Shown in pieces: positions 12,033 through 25,806 of a stretch of 64,000 nt of DNA. Within the stretch, counting starts at the first letter, position 1. The number at the start of each line of letters is the position of its first letter. The DNA comes from Takakia lepidozioides. Lineage: Eukaryota > Plantae > Bryophyta. The notes beneath the pieces were generated by a model, which worked only from the letters and a program-made list of their open reading frames with translations, had not been told where the DNA came from and did not search any database. Both the position numbers and the translations under genes were made by a program. The stretch covers positions 68,138,001-68,202,000 of the forward strand of contig CM060731.1 in NCBI GenBank assembly GCA_030704615.1, given 5' to 3'.

Positions 12033-14459
12033 AAGGGAACTACCACCAGGGTAAAGGCAGTCCTCTGGGGCTCAAGAAACTGAGTGAAGCGGGCCCAATT
12101 GTAGTGCTGACCCACAGTTTCCTTCATGTGTTCAGCTTGCAATTTTAAACGAGAGTAGTTGGCCAGAGAGGTACCAGCAGCTAGGGTAATAGAGTTGAGG
12201 TTTACCTTATAAGGCTGCCCCTCACCATTGTGCAACCACATCACATTGCCCATGATGTCAAGGCTGGCTTCTGCCCCCTTCATCCAGTCAAGGCCAAGCA
12301 AAAGTTGTTCTCCCAACGTGACAATGCAGGTTAGAGCCCTCAACCACTGTCTTGCCACTAATGCGGATGGGTAGATTGACCAAACCCATGGGTTCATGCG
12401 GTAGTGCCATCAGCTATGGTGACCTCCAAACCTTTAGCAGGTCTCAACTTAAGTCCTAATATGCAAACAATAGATCAGAGTGGAATAGCAGACATCGTAC
12501 AGCCTGTGTCTATCACACATGAAAAAGAAATGTGACCAATATGACACTGAGTCATTAGGGGTGGATGCGTTCTCTCCTAAGCATCTGAGAGGCTTCACAA
12601 TGCATAAACTAAAATCATTGGACAAAACAATGCTAGCAACAGTTTGTGGGTTCGTAGTGAGATTGGTCGGCACCCTTACGGATGATCTTGGTCATTTAAA
12701 TGACCTTTTTGAGTCATTTCTTTGCTCATAACGATCAATGAGAGCCGGGAGTTGGGAGAGATAAGGGGTGTAGTGTTCTTTGGATTTGCAAACCATGCAT
12801 GCCACCACGGATGACTTGGCCTCATACTTATGACTAATGTTAGTCTTACCCTGGTAGCTGACCCTAGTAGAGTTATTGGGCTTCCGGTTAACCTCTGCCT
12901 TGAAGGCTTGGAGCTGATCCTGGATTTCATCACGGAAGGAGGACAATTCATGCACAAGGGAAGGTACCAACTCTTCTGCAAGACCTTTCACCCCAAGGTT
13001 CCCATCAGAAATCATAACACCAGTCCTTTCACTGGCCAGGTGAGTGTGTTTAATAGTGGCAGGCTTGGTCAACCCAGCCTTGGCAGCTTTTAGACGAAGA
13101 CGTTCTTCTATTAACTCCACCATTTCATCCTCAGTAGTGTAAGTCTATTTTTGAATAAACACTTTCTCAGCAAGGGGTAGCCCCTTTACAAAACAATGTC
13201 TTAAAATAGCTGGTCTCTCTGAGGCAATTAGAACCGACTTACAGATTGCAGTTCGCAAGTCAGTGTAGTATTCCCAAACACTGTTGCCATAATGAAATTT
13301 TAAGTCTGGAGTAGTGTAAGCTATGGGCTTTTCTTCACGAAAGAGCTTTCGAGCCAATTCTCTGGCCTCTACCCAAGTAAGTTCGTTTTTGTCTTTGATA
13401 TTGGACTGAAACAGCTGCATGGCCTCTCCCTTGAGGCAAGTCCGAAAAGACTTTACTTGGAACCTTGGTGGAACACCATTCATCTCTATACTGAAATCCC
13501 AAGTGGGATCTCGGGTAGGGGCGGGCGGAATTCTAGGCCTCAAATTAGCAAGTGGAATAGAGGTACCTCCCTTAACCAGCTCCCACAATCGTAGGGGGCT
13601 CGGCTTGTCAGGCGGCAGGAAGCTTTCAAGCTCCACACCCAACTCTCGGCTCACAGAGAATTGTGGAATGCCCAATACAGCCCAACTGAGAGTCTCACCA
13701 GGATCTCCAATTGCTCCTTAGCACTAGCAAGGAGAATCTGCAGAGAGACTTCCCTGGAATGAAGTTTGAGGAGAAGACCCACGACGTAGGCTCCCTGAAG
13801 AGATTCTTGGATGCGGCGGCTCTGCTCCCTCCATTCCACCTTGGTGTGAATGGGCTTGGAGGCCTCTTTGCGCGCGGTTTCCTCAAAGGTCTTGGCCCAA
13901 AATTTAGAGGGCGTGTCCAACAGGAGCTCAGGTCGTTGAAGAGGCTCTCTTTCTAGGTAATCAACAAACACGATCGGTTCAGGTAAAAGGCTGCGGGTGA
14001 GTTCACAGATGTAACGAGTTTCTAACGCCTGGGTTTGTCGCATGCTCGGGACCTCAAATTGATCAAGTTCAAACCAACCACGCTCAGAGCTGGAAGCCAT
14101 AGTGCTTGCTTGCAAAACTTTCAAAACACAGGGAAGCTTGAGCAGGCAAACTCTCTCTCTCTCTCACTATGCATAACATACAAGCCGCCATTTTTCTATC
14201 ACCTCTCCCCTCAATCATGCAGGATCGGACCCCGTACGCAATCTACTGTCTCAGGTATTTCATAGGTACACACTGCATTCTGTATCCAATTTAGAGAGGT
14301 ATAAAGATCTATAGAAAAGTTTGTTACACTTAATGCCTTGGTTTGGCCCGACTGTCGGTGACAGAGAGACAAAGCTCTATCACGTCACAAGTGCTTTTGC
14401 ACATATGTATATATGATCCCATTTTAAATGCAAATATTCACACTTCCTAGGATTAGTGA

Positions 14460-15390
14460 GCTTCCCAAAATTCAATAAGCGAACTGACCAACATTGAACA
14501 GTTGGCAATCACAAAAAAAATACTGTACAAAGTGTTTTCTTCAAGTCAGACACCAGGGACCAGATAACCTGGGGGGCCAAATAGTGCAGCAGGCAGTGCT
14601 CCAGTGATTCTATGATGTCAGTATGACAGCATGGACACAGAAGGGCCTCCCTGAAATTTAAGAACTGGCCTGCCTTAAGAACCTTGTTTGCCAGCTGCCA
14701 CAAGAATGCACTTAATTTTGCTGGTTTGGATTTTTCCCATACCACAGACCAGATACACTTCCAATCTTCATTCTCGAAGGACTCATGCCCCCATCTTTCA
14801 TTCCACTTACTGTGGAGTGGCCTTGCATTGAGAAGGGCCTTGGAAGCTTTCTTAACTGAGAAGGTGAAGAAGGGATGTGGCCCATTTCCACCGAAGGACC
14901 AGCTCCATTCAGTAGGGTCTAGCTGTAGGGATTGGATGTCAGAATCACCAATGAGCGAAAAACTGTTGGCTTTCAGCTAGGGGAGAATCGCAGAGGCAAT
15001 TGGCACAGTTGGGTTAAAGTCCTTCGTAGGAGATGACCAATGACAGATCAGGAACAGATCCTAGCTGGAGAAACGAGAGATGAGTGGAGGTTTATTGCAC
15101 TGTCTGAGGTCAAAGTGAGAATGCCTGAGAGGACTTGAGGCTTAAATTCAAACCCCGATATAATAGAGCTAGCAGTACTTGAAATGTAGAGAACTCTTAG
15201 GGGCGAAGACTTGTGAGGACCCACTAGTGAGGTTTCAAATGTCCTGGACCATCCCTGAGAATGATTTTCCAGGAGTCAGGGATGGAGACAATGATCTGGG
15301 AAATCCCTGCTTTGAGGCGGCGCTGTCCCAATGCCAGCTCCATTGTTGGGGTGTTTGTTTCCCACAGCTGCCTTACTGTGGCGTATCCCC
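14460..15390 (-). mobile_element. LINE (L1-like) ORF2 3' fragment with zf-RVT region
   Basis: 14509-14745: VWEKSKPAKLSAFLWQLANKVL..CPCC..ESLEHCLL, typical of the C-terminal zinc-binding region of plant LINEs. Confidence 0.75.
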
Positions 15391-17500
15391 TGGTCTCCCA
15401 CTGACTTGAGGATAACATCCAAGTGCTGTAAATGATCCTCCCATGTTGCACTGTGTATATTTATGTCATCAACAAAGACTTTTGCAAAAGTCCTTAACTC
15501 ATAATGTAGTATGACGTTCATAGCCGGCCTCTAGAAAGTTGTTGTGGCATTCTTCAAACCGAATGGCATGACCAGCCGCTCAAATAGTCCTCTTAGCTTC
15601 GTGATTATGGCTGTCTTTTTTATGTCATCTAATTCCCTCATCTTCATTTGCCAAAAGCCCGAGTGCAGATCTAGCGAAGAAAACCACTGTGACTTGCCAA
15701 GTTGTTGCAAGACATCAGACCCAATGACCCCATGACCTCGGTCTGGCCCTCTTGTTCTTCTATCATTGGCTCCACCGCCAAGTTCCTGCAAAACTCATGG
15801 AAATTGCCAATCGTTGGCTTCAATTGATTCATGGTGTGAGTGGAAAGTAAGGCACGTTGAGCCCAGGACCATACCTGACCCTTAGTGTCTCTGTTTCCGT
15901 ATCAACTACTGCCCCGAATTATTTCTTTAAGGAGTCTAGTCCGAACAACATGTTGTATATGTCAGTGTCCACAACCATAAAACTGATCCTATTAGTTAGT
16001 TTTCCCACTGTAACCTTCAAATTGTCAAGCACCCCCATTGCTGTCTCCACAGCACCTGAAGCTACTCAGTACGTCATGTCCCGATCAGTGGTGACACAGC
16101 TCATTAAACACAAGTCTCTTACTGAAGTTGATGCTATCACTGATATCATGGCCCCTGTATCGATCCGGCCCTTACTTGGTAATTGCCAATTGTAATCCGA
16201 GCATACAAAGCTTTCACCTTGCCACTGAAAGCATATGATATTGCTTCCAGATCTGGATCACCTGTGTCGTGTGCCAATTTTGACTCATGTTGAACCCTGT
16301 TGGCTGGAAAAGCATTGAACTTGCTCTTTTCCACCACCTTGACCAAACTTTTCAATTTCTCAAACTCACACGGTACATGCATGATGACTTCCATTGGTGA
16401 CACGGATATGCGCCCTTTGTACAAATGGTTTAATATCTTTGATCTTCTTGTCTCTGGCTCGGGAAATTTTTCAGACCTTCTTGGGAAGAGAAACTGACCA
16501 GAGGCTCGTGTTTGCTCCTCTGGAAGCTCCTCTTGTGATGTTGCCATGTCATTGCCTTGTAAACTTGGACCGCCCTTCTGATTTGGAGGTACCACCGATG
16601 TTCCTACTTTAGGGAGTCGACTAATCTATTTGATCTCGTGATGTGCCATTAATTGATTCAACTGTTCCAAGACCGCCTCTTCATCATCACACATAATCTC
16701 AAGCAAATCGCTAGAAGGCAATGGAGTTGACCCCTGTTCCTTTTTCATCCTACAGTCTTGTTTGAAGTGTCCTAGTAGCTTACAAAAGATGCATCTGATT
16801 CCACAATTTTCTGTCCAGTGACCAAAGTGATTGCATTTTGCACATTTCACCGGGGTCTTCTGTGTTGGACAGAATGCAACCCCATGACCCTCCTGCTAGT
16901 AGAGGTTACACAATCGGTTTCCACGAACTGCAGTCTGACTACCAGAACTTTCAAGCGTATGCACCCTTCTTTTCAAAAAACTTGGTTAACGTAACATTGA
17001 GAGCATCTAGGCGTTTATCAACTGGGCCAGTCACTAAGACCTCTTCCATGTCTTCTCCTTCCAAAGGTTCGAATGGCATTTCCCCAACTTTGAACAACCT
17101 TCTTTCCACTTATATGGCGGTTGCGACCGCTTCATCTACACTCTGAAATCTGGTTCCTAGTATAAGCTTCATAATCTCATGCCTAAGACCCCCCATAAAC
17201 CTTCGACGCTGCTCTAACTTAGGGATCTGTCCCTTCACAAAGAGCCTATTTAATCGATCAAAGTAAGCTTGAACCCTCTGTTTCGTTTCCTGCTTAACTT
17301 CCAACTTCATCTTTAGTTTAGCCATATCCACGTGCCCAAATTTTGCCAATATTGCTACTTGTAAATTGTCCCAATCTACTGGTTTGGGGTTTTGACGCCT
17401 AAACCAGTCATCAGCATTTCCTTAATTTAGGTTTAACCTCGCCACTTTGAATATCCCCTCACGTCACCTACCATTTTCGATCCAGTCCACCACGTCCTCA
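15390..17500 (-). mobile_element. Second degenerate Ty3/gypsy element (gag with CCHC knuckles, protease, RT fragment)
   Basis: gag VQAYFDRLNRLF..RRRFMGGL (17110-17349); CX2CX4HX4C knuckles (16626-16850); IDTGA protease near 16150; RT LDLHSGFWQ..MPFGLKNA and FVDDINIHS (15420-15700). Confidence 0.85.
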
Positions 17501-17677
17501 GACTCCCTACCATAATACGGAGCATCTACTCCCGATGGACTTGCCATGTTGCTATGTTGTTAGTAAAGTTAGTAATAATTCATGGAGTGTACACAAGATA
17601 TACTCACCCTTTCTTGTGTGTCTAGACTCTATCGACAGACATCCGGTTACCATTCTGTATCAGTTCCTCTCTTCCAC

Positions 17678-18112
17678 TCACGGTGACTCTCTTAGACATC
17701 GCGGATACCCTCTCCTAGACCGCTCTGCTCCTCCGAGTACCACCATGATGAACCTTCGTGTTTTCATGTAATCAATGTAGTCGTTCGTGCTCCTCAAGGT
17801 TTGATCCTTACCCTTATATGGATTTCTAATGCTCACCCTCAAGTCCAGGATCCTCTGTGCCACCTTCTTGATCTGTCGCTGGTTAAGCCCTTGAAGCTTT
17901 TGGATAACCGACTTGGTCAATGGAACCTGCTCAGAGTTGCATACAATCCCAATAGCATCAATGAGCTCCCCATTGTCCCACTTTCGAAACACAGTCTCCC
18001 ACAACTCCCAGACGTCTTCATCAGCATGGACCAATGCCAACGCTTCTTTCGAGGAGTTCTTCTCCAGTATAACCAGTGCCGCTTGCATAAACTCCTGGAA
18101 TGAAGAGCACAA
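17678..18112 (-). pseudogene. Fragment of unknown, probably helical, TE-associated protein
   Basis: 144-aa coding-like ORF (VWELWETVFRKWDNGEL..QKLQGLNQRQIKKVAQRIL) with no recognisable catalytic motif. Confidence 0.35.
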
Positions 18113-18989
18113 TTATTTTCAGACCCAACAAATTATCAATGAGGAAATTCCAAAACCCCTATCTAGATACTAGTATGTACGTAAATGAAGAAAAAGACTA
18201 TTAGAATAATGTTTACCTTCCACAAGCCAGTCTCGTTCTTTTTTGCATTATCATTATATCTCGGCGGCTTCCCAATTGATGCATAAAAGCTTCTCAGGTG
18301 ACCCAATTTCTCGCTGAAAGTCAAGTCAAACTTCTGTGCTTTGTTGGATCATTTAGAAGCTCGGAGAACTTCACCAGTTGCAAGTGTTCTTTTGACCACA
18401 CAATCTTGGTCGGCCATTCTCCAAGTAATTTGCGAGCTGCTCGTCTGTATCCAAATCCTCAACAAGTTCCTACAGACACAGTTCCATGTTGATTCATTCG
18501 ACGTCGATTGACTCGACGGTATCCTACTTTATTCTAATAGACGTCCATAGCATATAAACACTATTTTAATTAATTATGGACTTTTGGCTTAAATTCGGAC
18601 TAAACTTAATATATATTTGCATTAAAATTAATTAATAATATTAATAATATGATGGTGTAACGTGTGATTGAACTTTGTGAAATTTCAGATGATGTCGTAC
18701 TTGTTTCAAAATGTGTCATATAAGAGGTCCATTTGACATTGAAGTGCTCAATGTGAAGTAGCAGTATTGAACAATTCATTGAACGTCCACTTGGAAGTCG
18801 AATAAAGTAATATTCCATTGCAGGATCACGATAAACAAATGGGTCGCATCGAACATAGATCAGACTCCTACTCTGCCATACTCGATACAACTTGCTAGTA
18901 ATTTTATTGATTGAGTCTTCATATCAAGCACAATGTTCACATACCACGCCATTGGAATGAATCATGTTTTGGATGTGACAAGGGCAGTA

Positions 18990-20700
18990 AAATACTAGAA
19001 TAGCATGAAACATTCGGAAGAGGTACTAAGGTAGTACAATAAGGTTTGAGGTGTAACTAGAGAGAAGTGTAATAAGGTTTGGGTTTACAGTAAGGGTAAG
19101 GGTTTAGGGTTTGGATTTAGGGTACAAAAGGACAAACAAATATGATGGACTCACACTCGGTAGAATTAAGAAATGGCTGAGGAATTTGATATCCCTGTAA
19201 TCATTCTATCATACCTTATCCAACAAAAGAAAATATTAAAAGAGCATGAAACATTGAGAAGAGGTAACATGGTAGTACAATAAGGTTTGGAGTGTAACTA
19301 GGGTAGTACACTAAAGTTATTGGTTTATGGTAAGATTAATGGTTTAGGGGTGATGGTAAAGGTAGGGTTTTTGGTTTGGGTTTAAGAACACTATTGGACA
19401 AACAAATATGGAAGACTCACAGTCGCTAGAACTTGGTGTGTGTTAGTAGGATATAAAATAAAATAAAAAATGGAGAAACAAATATTATGGAAGAGTCATT
19501 GGGTCGGAGAAGTATTTAGATTGAGGATTCGTCCTTGGAACCTGGTATTAAGATACATATGGTTATGGTATGGATACTTCATTCCCATTTGCAGGGGAAT
19601 GGTAAGGGTTTAGACGTAACAATGGCGTAGGGTTTTGTTTAGGGTTCCCGACGAGAGTTTAGGGTTTGGGTTGAAGGCAGAAATGGTGAGCATACATGCC
19701 GGAAGACTCGCACTCGCTACAACTTGGTGTTGTTAGTAAGGTAGTCAACAAAATAAAAATGAAGAACCTAATATTATGGAAGTGTAGTCATTGCATCGGA
19801 TAAGTATTTAAATGAAAGATTCGTCATTGGAACCTGGTATTAAGATACATAGAAAGCAAAGTTCGATAAAAAAAATAAGTGCATGTCAATCCAAACCAAA
19901 GGCAAAACCTTGTGCAAGGTGAAGGACGAAGAGATTTGAATAACCATAATAGTTATGGTTATGGTATGGATACGTCATTCCCATTTGCAGGGGAAGGGTA
20001 AGGGTTTAGACGTAACAATGGCGTAGGGTTTTGCTTAGGGTTTTCGACGAGGGTTTAGGGGCTTGGGTTGAAGGCAGAAATGGTGAGCATACATGCTGGA
20101 AGAGTCGCACTCGCTACAACTTAGTGTGTGTTAGTAGGGTACAAAATGGAAATTTGGATACATTGAAGAGATTTGGATAACCAAAATGGTTATGGAATGG
20201 ATAGTTGATTCTCATTTGCAAACGGAAGGGAAAGGGTTCTAGGGTATTGGGTTAAGGGTAAATGTTTAGGGTTTTATAGTAAGGGTTTAGGGTAAGGGTT
20301 TAGGGTTTTTTGTTTAAGTTACAAAACAGACAAACGCTTATGGAAAACTCCAGACTTCGCTAGAACTTAGTGTTGTTAATAAGATACTAGTAAGCAAAAA
20401 AAAAATGAAGAACCTAATATTATGGACAAGTATTTAAATGAAAGACTCGTCATTGGAACCTGATATTAAGATGTTACAATATAGAAAGCAAACTGTAACA
20501 TGCCTAAATGCATGTCAATCCAAAACAAAGGAAAAAGCTAGCGCAAATGTGAAGGGAGGAGACATTTCAATAACCATAATGGTTATGGTTATGGTTATGG
20601 CTATGGTTATGGTATGAATAGTTCATGGGTCATTTGTAGAAAAGGGTAAGGGTTAGGGGTAATGCTAACATAAAAAGCAAGGTACTATAAAAAAAGGTAT
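18990..20700. repeat. Complex duplicated blocks rich in telomere-like TTTAGGG/TTAGGG and GGTTAT motifs
   Basis: Block 19561-19740 recurs at about 19958-20140; block 19480-19560 recurs at about 19770-19850 and 20415-20470. Many AGGGTTTAGGGT motifs and (GGTTAT)n at 20581-20612. No ORFs over most of the region. Confidence 0.85.
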
Positions 20701-21469
20701 GTCAATCCTAAATCCTAAATTGCCAAAAAAAAAAATAATGAAGTACACACTATGATATTTGGAAAGAAAATGGCGTTATATAACGACTTTTGGGAAGCGC
20801 CTGGATCTCATGGGAGAAAATGGATCTGAAGAAAACATGAGAGAGGATAAAAAATCAAACTATCAAATAAAAACTAAGAGAAATGAAAATTGCTTAAAAT
20901 TTGAACAACGGGAAAGGACATGTGAAATTCCCTGGCCAAAGATGAGAAGTATGAAAATGAAATGAAATAAAAATTTGGTGCAGAAAAGTCGTAGAGCTTA
21001 GAGGGAAAATAGAGGAAAACCTCAGAGAAAAAACTTCAGGACTGGCAAATTGAAAAGTATGTCAACAACGATTGAATAAGGCTCCTCCTAGTGGGAGACT
21101 TCAGTGGGAGAATTGGTTATGCGAAAAGCAAGTCCAATGTTTCAGAGAAGGACTGGAAATGGGCTATTTTCTTTCGTTGTTAAAAACCTCTTTGACCGAA
21201 TTTGAAGACTCCAGTGGTCGTGCCCGCCATTTTTGTTCTTGTGATCTATATGTTATGTAGGCGAAACTCCCCCACAGGGTTTTCTTTGTTGACCAAAACG
21301 TACAGCAGGCCAGAATCCAGCACACCAGAAACAAAGGACGAGAACGTCCACTGGACATTCGAGGTTCAGTGCGACATAAGAAGATAACAAAAATGATCCC
21401 CCAACGCAAACAAGAAGGGCCATATAGAGAAGAAAAAATTTATTTCTTAAATCGAAGTACTGGAGTTGA

Positions 21470-22330
21470 CCTCAACAATATGTCATTGGTCTGGAACTCG
21501 CTCGCACGAGTCGCTTTCTAACTGACGATTAGCCTCCTCCAAATTAGCGCGTGCCTTCACTGCTTCTGCGGCAGTAATTCTCTTAGTGCTATTTCTTGTC
21601 GTATTTTTTCGTGGAGGCATTGTCTACACAACATTTTTCACGTGGATCCATTGAGGAGGATCTGATGAGTTATACTCCCAAAGTTTTGACCAACAGTCCC
21701 TGTACCTTTCCAAGTCTGTTGGGTTACCACATTTTCTCGGTCTCCACCACTCCACCTTCACCTTCTTAAAATTAGGATCCTCTCTTTCGCGGATCACGTC
21801 ACATATTGCCACCCCCATCCAGACCGGGCACGTACTTGGGTCATGAGGGCAAACGAGCACAAAAAACCCTTTCTCAATATCCTTGAACGGATTCAAGGAT
21901 ATTATTGGTCGCTCACACCTCGGGCCACAGTAAGGTTCTATGATTTCACATCTAGCACTATATGTGGATGGATTCCATCTCTGAGATGATTCTTGGACCA
22001 ATTTGTTTTCAGCCAGAATCCCTCAAGAAGATGAATACGCTCGGGAGCTTCTGGAATTGGCTTATCCAGCTCGGCGAGAATGTTTCCCCAGTACTGGTCG
22101 TATTGTTCCATTCGACCTGTGTAATGATCGTCAAGCATCATTCTTTTCGTCCAAAAATCCCTGTATTTTTTTATTCCATTATTGATGAATGACTGTTTTT
22201 CGGAGGAGCCGTCCCCGGCTCCCCAAATAGGTCTCCTTGGAACGGCGTCTGGGTCTCCTTCAGACCGCCGAATAAAACCGCTATCGCGAAACTGCAATAA
22301 CTTAATAGCAGGCAATTGAAAAGAGTGGTG
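21470..22330 (-). pseudogene. C-terminal part of an unidentified TE-associated protein (frameshifted)
   Basis: Overlapping ORFs 21938-22423 and 21624-22001, Trp-rich: PYCGP..DIEKGFFVLV..PVWMGVA..VKVEWWRP..RYRDCWSKLWE. Confidence 0.4.
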
Positions 22331-23212
22331 GAGAAAATCCTGAACAGAGACATTTGCATTTGGGGAACAAAATTCAAGGGCGCGGGCAAATCCAAAAACA
22401 CAATGAGCGCGTATATTGACCAAATGAAATTGTGACGGTTTATTATCGACGATGTAATGGAAGTCTTAGGATGGCCTCGGAGGAGCAAACAGAACCCGGA
22501 ACCGTATACCAAACAAGAGTGGCGTGATGTGAAAAAAATATATAACTTCAACAAAGCTGAGTTTGAAACTTTTCGAGATCGGTTCGGGAACGACTACATT
22601 GTAAGCAAACAGAAAATGAATATGGAGACGCAGCCAATGACTACTGCCTTCAAGAAGTATGTCTTGTCGTGAAAGCAGACCTTTGAGGATAACCAGAATG
22701 CCCTGACGATTTTACGTACGAGCTTCAGGTCCCATTACACACAGCTGGGGGGGAAACCAAAAATTTGTTGATGCCAGATCACGGTTGGGACTTGCACCGA
22801 AGAAACGGTTCGACGACATATCGATGGTGTTCATCAATACAATTTGTGATGATGACTCTGTTGTCTTCGAGGCAAAGGACTACTCCAATATCATGGATGC
22901 TTTTTTGGCTCGGAAGCTCATGTCCAGTGCTTTTGTGTTTTTCTCGACACAAGAATCATCGGGAAATCTTGTGTCATACATCCGGAATGGCCCTAGATCA
23001 AAATCGTTTAGAAAAGTTATCCAAATCGGTTAGTGGTTGTCCACAAAGGTGTGCGAACGGAAATATGTATCCGGGTGGAAATATGTTTTATTCGAAAGTC
23101 CAGAACAAATGATATGGAAAAAACATTCGGATTATGCCACTCACAAGTATGTATAATTACAATATTGTCATATTGTATTCAGAAGTGTGTACGAATAAAA
23201 ATTCACTAATTG

Positions 23213-23845
23213 TCATTGGTTACCTATATCCAGAACCACTTCCTGGGTAACATTCTGGGACACCAGCTCTCGAGGATTGTTAACGGGATCCGGTGACATA
23301 ATCAATGGCTCGTCACCTTCCACAGGTGTGAACCCTTGACCGAAGGTTTCAACTAACTCCGTCGATGTCGCTTCTTGGTCCCCTGGAGAAGCCGGATTTT
23401 GATTCGTGGTGTTATCGGAACTGGAGGAAGAGCTGTCCAAATTGTGTACACTTTGTGGCGCAACGCGTTCTTGGGTATTTGGAGTACTACCTAGTTTTTC
23501 CAACTGGGAAATTTCCTGGCCCTCTCTTTCCCTTTCCCACATTAGTCGCATCTACCCCTGGTCTCCGGTGACAATTTCCATGTTCTCATCTTCGTCTTTC
23601 TCCTCCTCTTCGTCCTCTTCTTGTTTCTCCTCCATTTCCTCAACCTGATCTTTGTCGTGTCCTTCGTCATCATCTTCTTCGTCCACTTCGTCATCCTGCA
23701 GTGAATCTCCGTCATCTCCGTCTCCTGCGATAGTCTGATTATCAATCTGGAGCGTCTTGAAATAAGCCTCCACCTTGCTTCTACAAAATTTCTTTTTCAT
23801 TACATAGTTTAGTACACGAATATTTCTTTCCTGCAATGAAACCAA
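23213..23845 (-). pseudogene. Acidic low-complexity ORF with one in-frame stop
   Basis: ORFs 23552-23845 and 23213-23551 are in the same frame, separated by one TAG; D/E-rich. Confidence 0.35.
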
Positions 23846-25142
23846 ACAATGAAATCAAAATAAATCCGACGAACTGCAACCATCGAAAGATTGAAAGGGT
23901 TAGGCTTTCTTTTGAGACAACTAACAAACACACCAAACTCCCGAATAACAAACACCCAAAACACCGAGAACTCCAATAACATGAACCTCCACTGCCCAGT
24001 GGAGGTTAACAAAATGGAAAAATTCAGACACAGGTTAAACACCCTATTCCGACAACGTAGAAAAAACACGAGAGTTAAATCCGGCAAACTGAAAACACAG
24101 ACAATTCCAAAACGAAGTAGAATCCACTTACAAGCAGAACGTATGTCATTGCCACTCCTCCAAAAATGTTCACACAAGACATCCCGTCCCTGCAAAAAAA
24201 AAAAACCAGGTAATCGTATGTGTCTGCCCTCAGCTCATGAGTGTAACTCCTGCACTCCTTCTCCTGCGAGGTCGGGACTACATCTGGTCCTTCGATAACG
24301 GGATTTAATTGGGTCCGGCGTTAACAAAACAATTTGAATGTGATCGTCCGGATTCACCATCTCCTCAGCTGTTGCGGAATTACGTAGTCGAGGCAGAGGA
24401 CCGTCCGGGAGAATATACTCGTGCAGCTCTTGTAAGGTGATTCAAGCCGGAAATGTAATAACCGATCCAAGGATCCCATTCGGAGGAAATGACACACACA
24501 TGAAAAGGCTCAAAGGAGACTCAAACGGTGAAGAGACACGTAGATCTGACAGTGAGGGCCAGGTCACCTGAGCCGGTTCCGCAAGTAACCTCCACTGTCC
24601 AGTCGACGTTGCCATCTGCAGGGATTGAGTCGGAGAATCCTCCTACTCGCGGGGAAGTAGAAGAGACAGAGCACCACAAGCGCGTAATCCAACAACAGAT
24701 CCCGATTCGGGTAAAACATTGGCTTTATTTTTATTACTCTTATTATTGGTCTTTGAGTCTCATCTTCGGTATTGCTCAATTCGGTAATTTTGTCGAATCA
24801 ATTTAGACCACCATAATCCTCATCCGTGGGATTCTTTAATTTCCTGTAGATTCGTGAGACGACTGAGGAGATCAAACACACACGGACTGACTCCAACGAC
24901 ACTGAGACGGTGAAGAGAAGAGTGGATCGGACAATCACTGTTGCTCTATTTGAGCCGGTCCTACAAGTAACCTCCACTGGACAGTCGAGGTTGCCATCTG
25001 GTGCCACAGAGAAGGAGGATAACGTTTCCCGTAGAGATGGGAAAGAGGAGGAGCAGCCTGCCCAGGGGTCTCAACAGCCGCCCCAAAAAACGGTAATGCT
25101 TTCGACTCCATTTTTCCGTTTCTCTACTTTGGGATTCTGAAA

Positions 25143-25690
25143 TTGAAGTTAATAAGGAACTCTTATGTTATTCCACATGACAACATGCATTACCCTCCAG
25201 TCGACTATTCTTTTTCTGTCAATCCAAACGATCTGCATTCCCTTCCTTGGGGACCGAACGGATGTCGGCCAGGATACTACGTCCTGGTTCTGGACATCGG
25301 TTACCTTTGTGAGGTTTACCTAAAGGATGGAAAGAAAACCCCTCCTGCCACCCAGCCTTGTATCTCCGCAAGGAAATTCAAGTTAGCTACGCGAAACGGT
25401 CTTGACGAATTCGTTAAGTGTGCCGTCAAAAAGTTTGCCGTTTGTTTTTGGAACACTGGATCTGAAATAAACGTCGAGACTATCGTCAAGGCCGTGTTCG
25501 GGAAGTACTATTCCCAGGTAAGAACTTACAGCAGTGAGAATTCCGTCATGCATAGATTGACATTCAACGAAAAATGGCCTAAAGCTCCCAAAAATCCCAT
25601 CTACTTTAAACGTCTTTACAACATTTTCGCTGAGGAAGACCCGACAGCTTACAAATCCAATACTCTCCTCATCGACACTGTAGACAAGGT
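25143..25690 (+). pseudogene. FCP1/NIF-type HAD phosphatase-homology domain, copy 1 (divergent)
   Basis: YYVLVLDIGYLC..RNGLDEFVKCAVKKFAVCFWNTG..FKRL..NTLLIDT follows the FCP1-homology pattern. Confidence 0.6.
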
Positions 25691-25806
25691 AACGTCACTC
25701 CAGTTGATGCATTCGAGGATGATGTGCAGGTGGAGCATGTTGGTCCAGGTGGAGGGGAGGACACCCCTACCAAGGAACTTACACTTCCACTCCCAACCTC
25801 CAATTC

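Larger units (their letters stand above)
9164..14124 (-). mobile_element. Degenerate Ty3/gypsy LTR retrotransposon (gag, protease, dUTPase-like, partial RT, integrase)
   Basis: gag-like ORFs 12692-13675; protease region about 12250-12500 (LLGLDWM); RT 11052-11540 ([29 protein letters not shown]..GFWQV); integrase H2C2 9714-10046; integrase core 9164-9490 (PYNPQCNGLTERFNKT). The RT C-terminus and RNase H are replaced by a copia fragment. LTRs not identified. Confidence 0.9.

Noticed and set aside
18990-20700. True telomere or chromosome-fusion scar
   Set aside because: No run of more than 2-3 perfect telomere units; the motifs are embedded in longer complex repeats on one strand.
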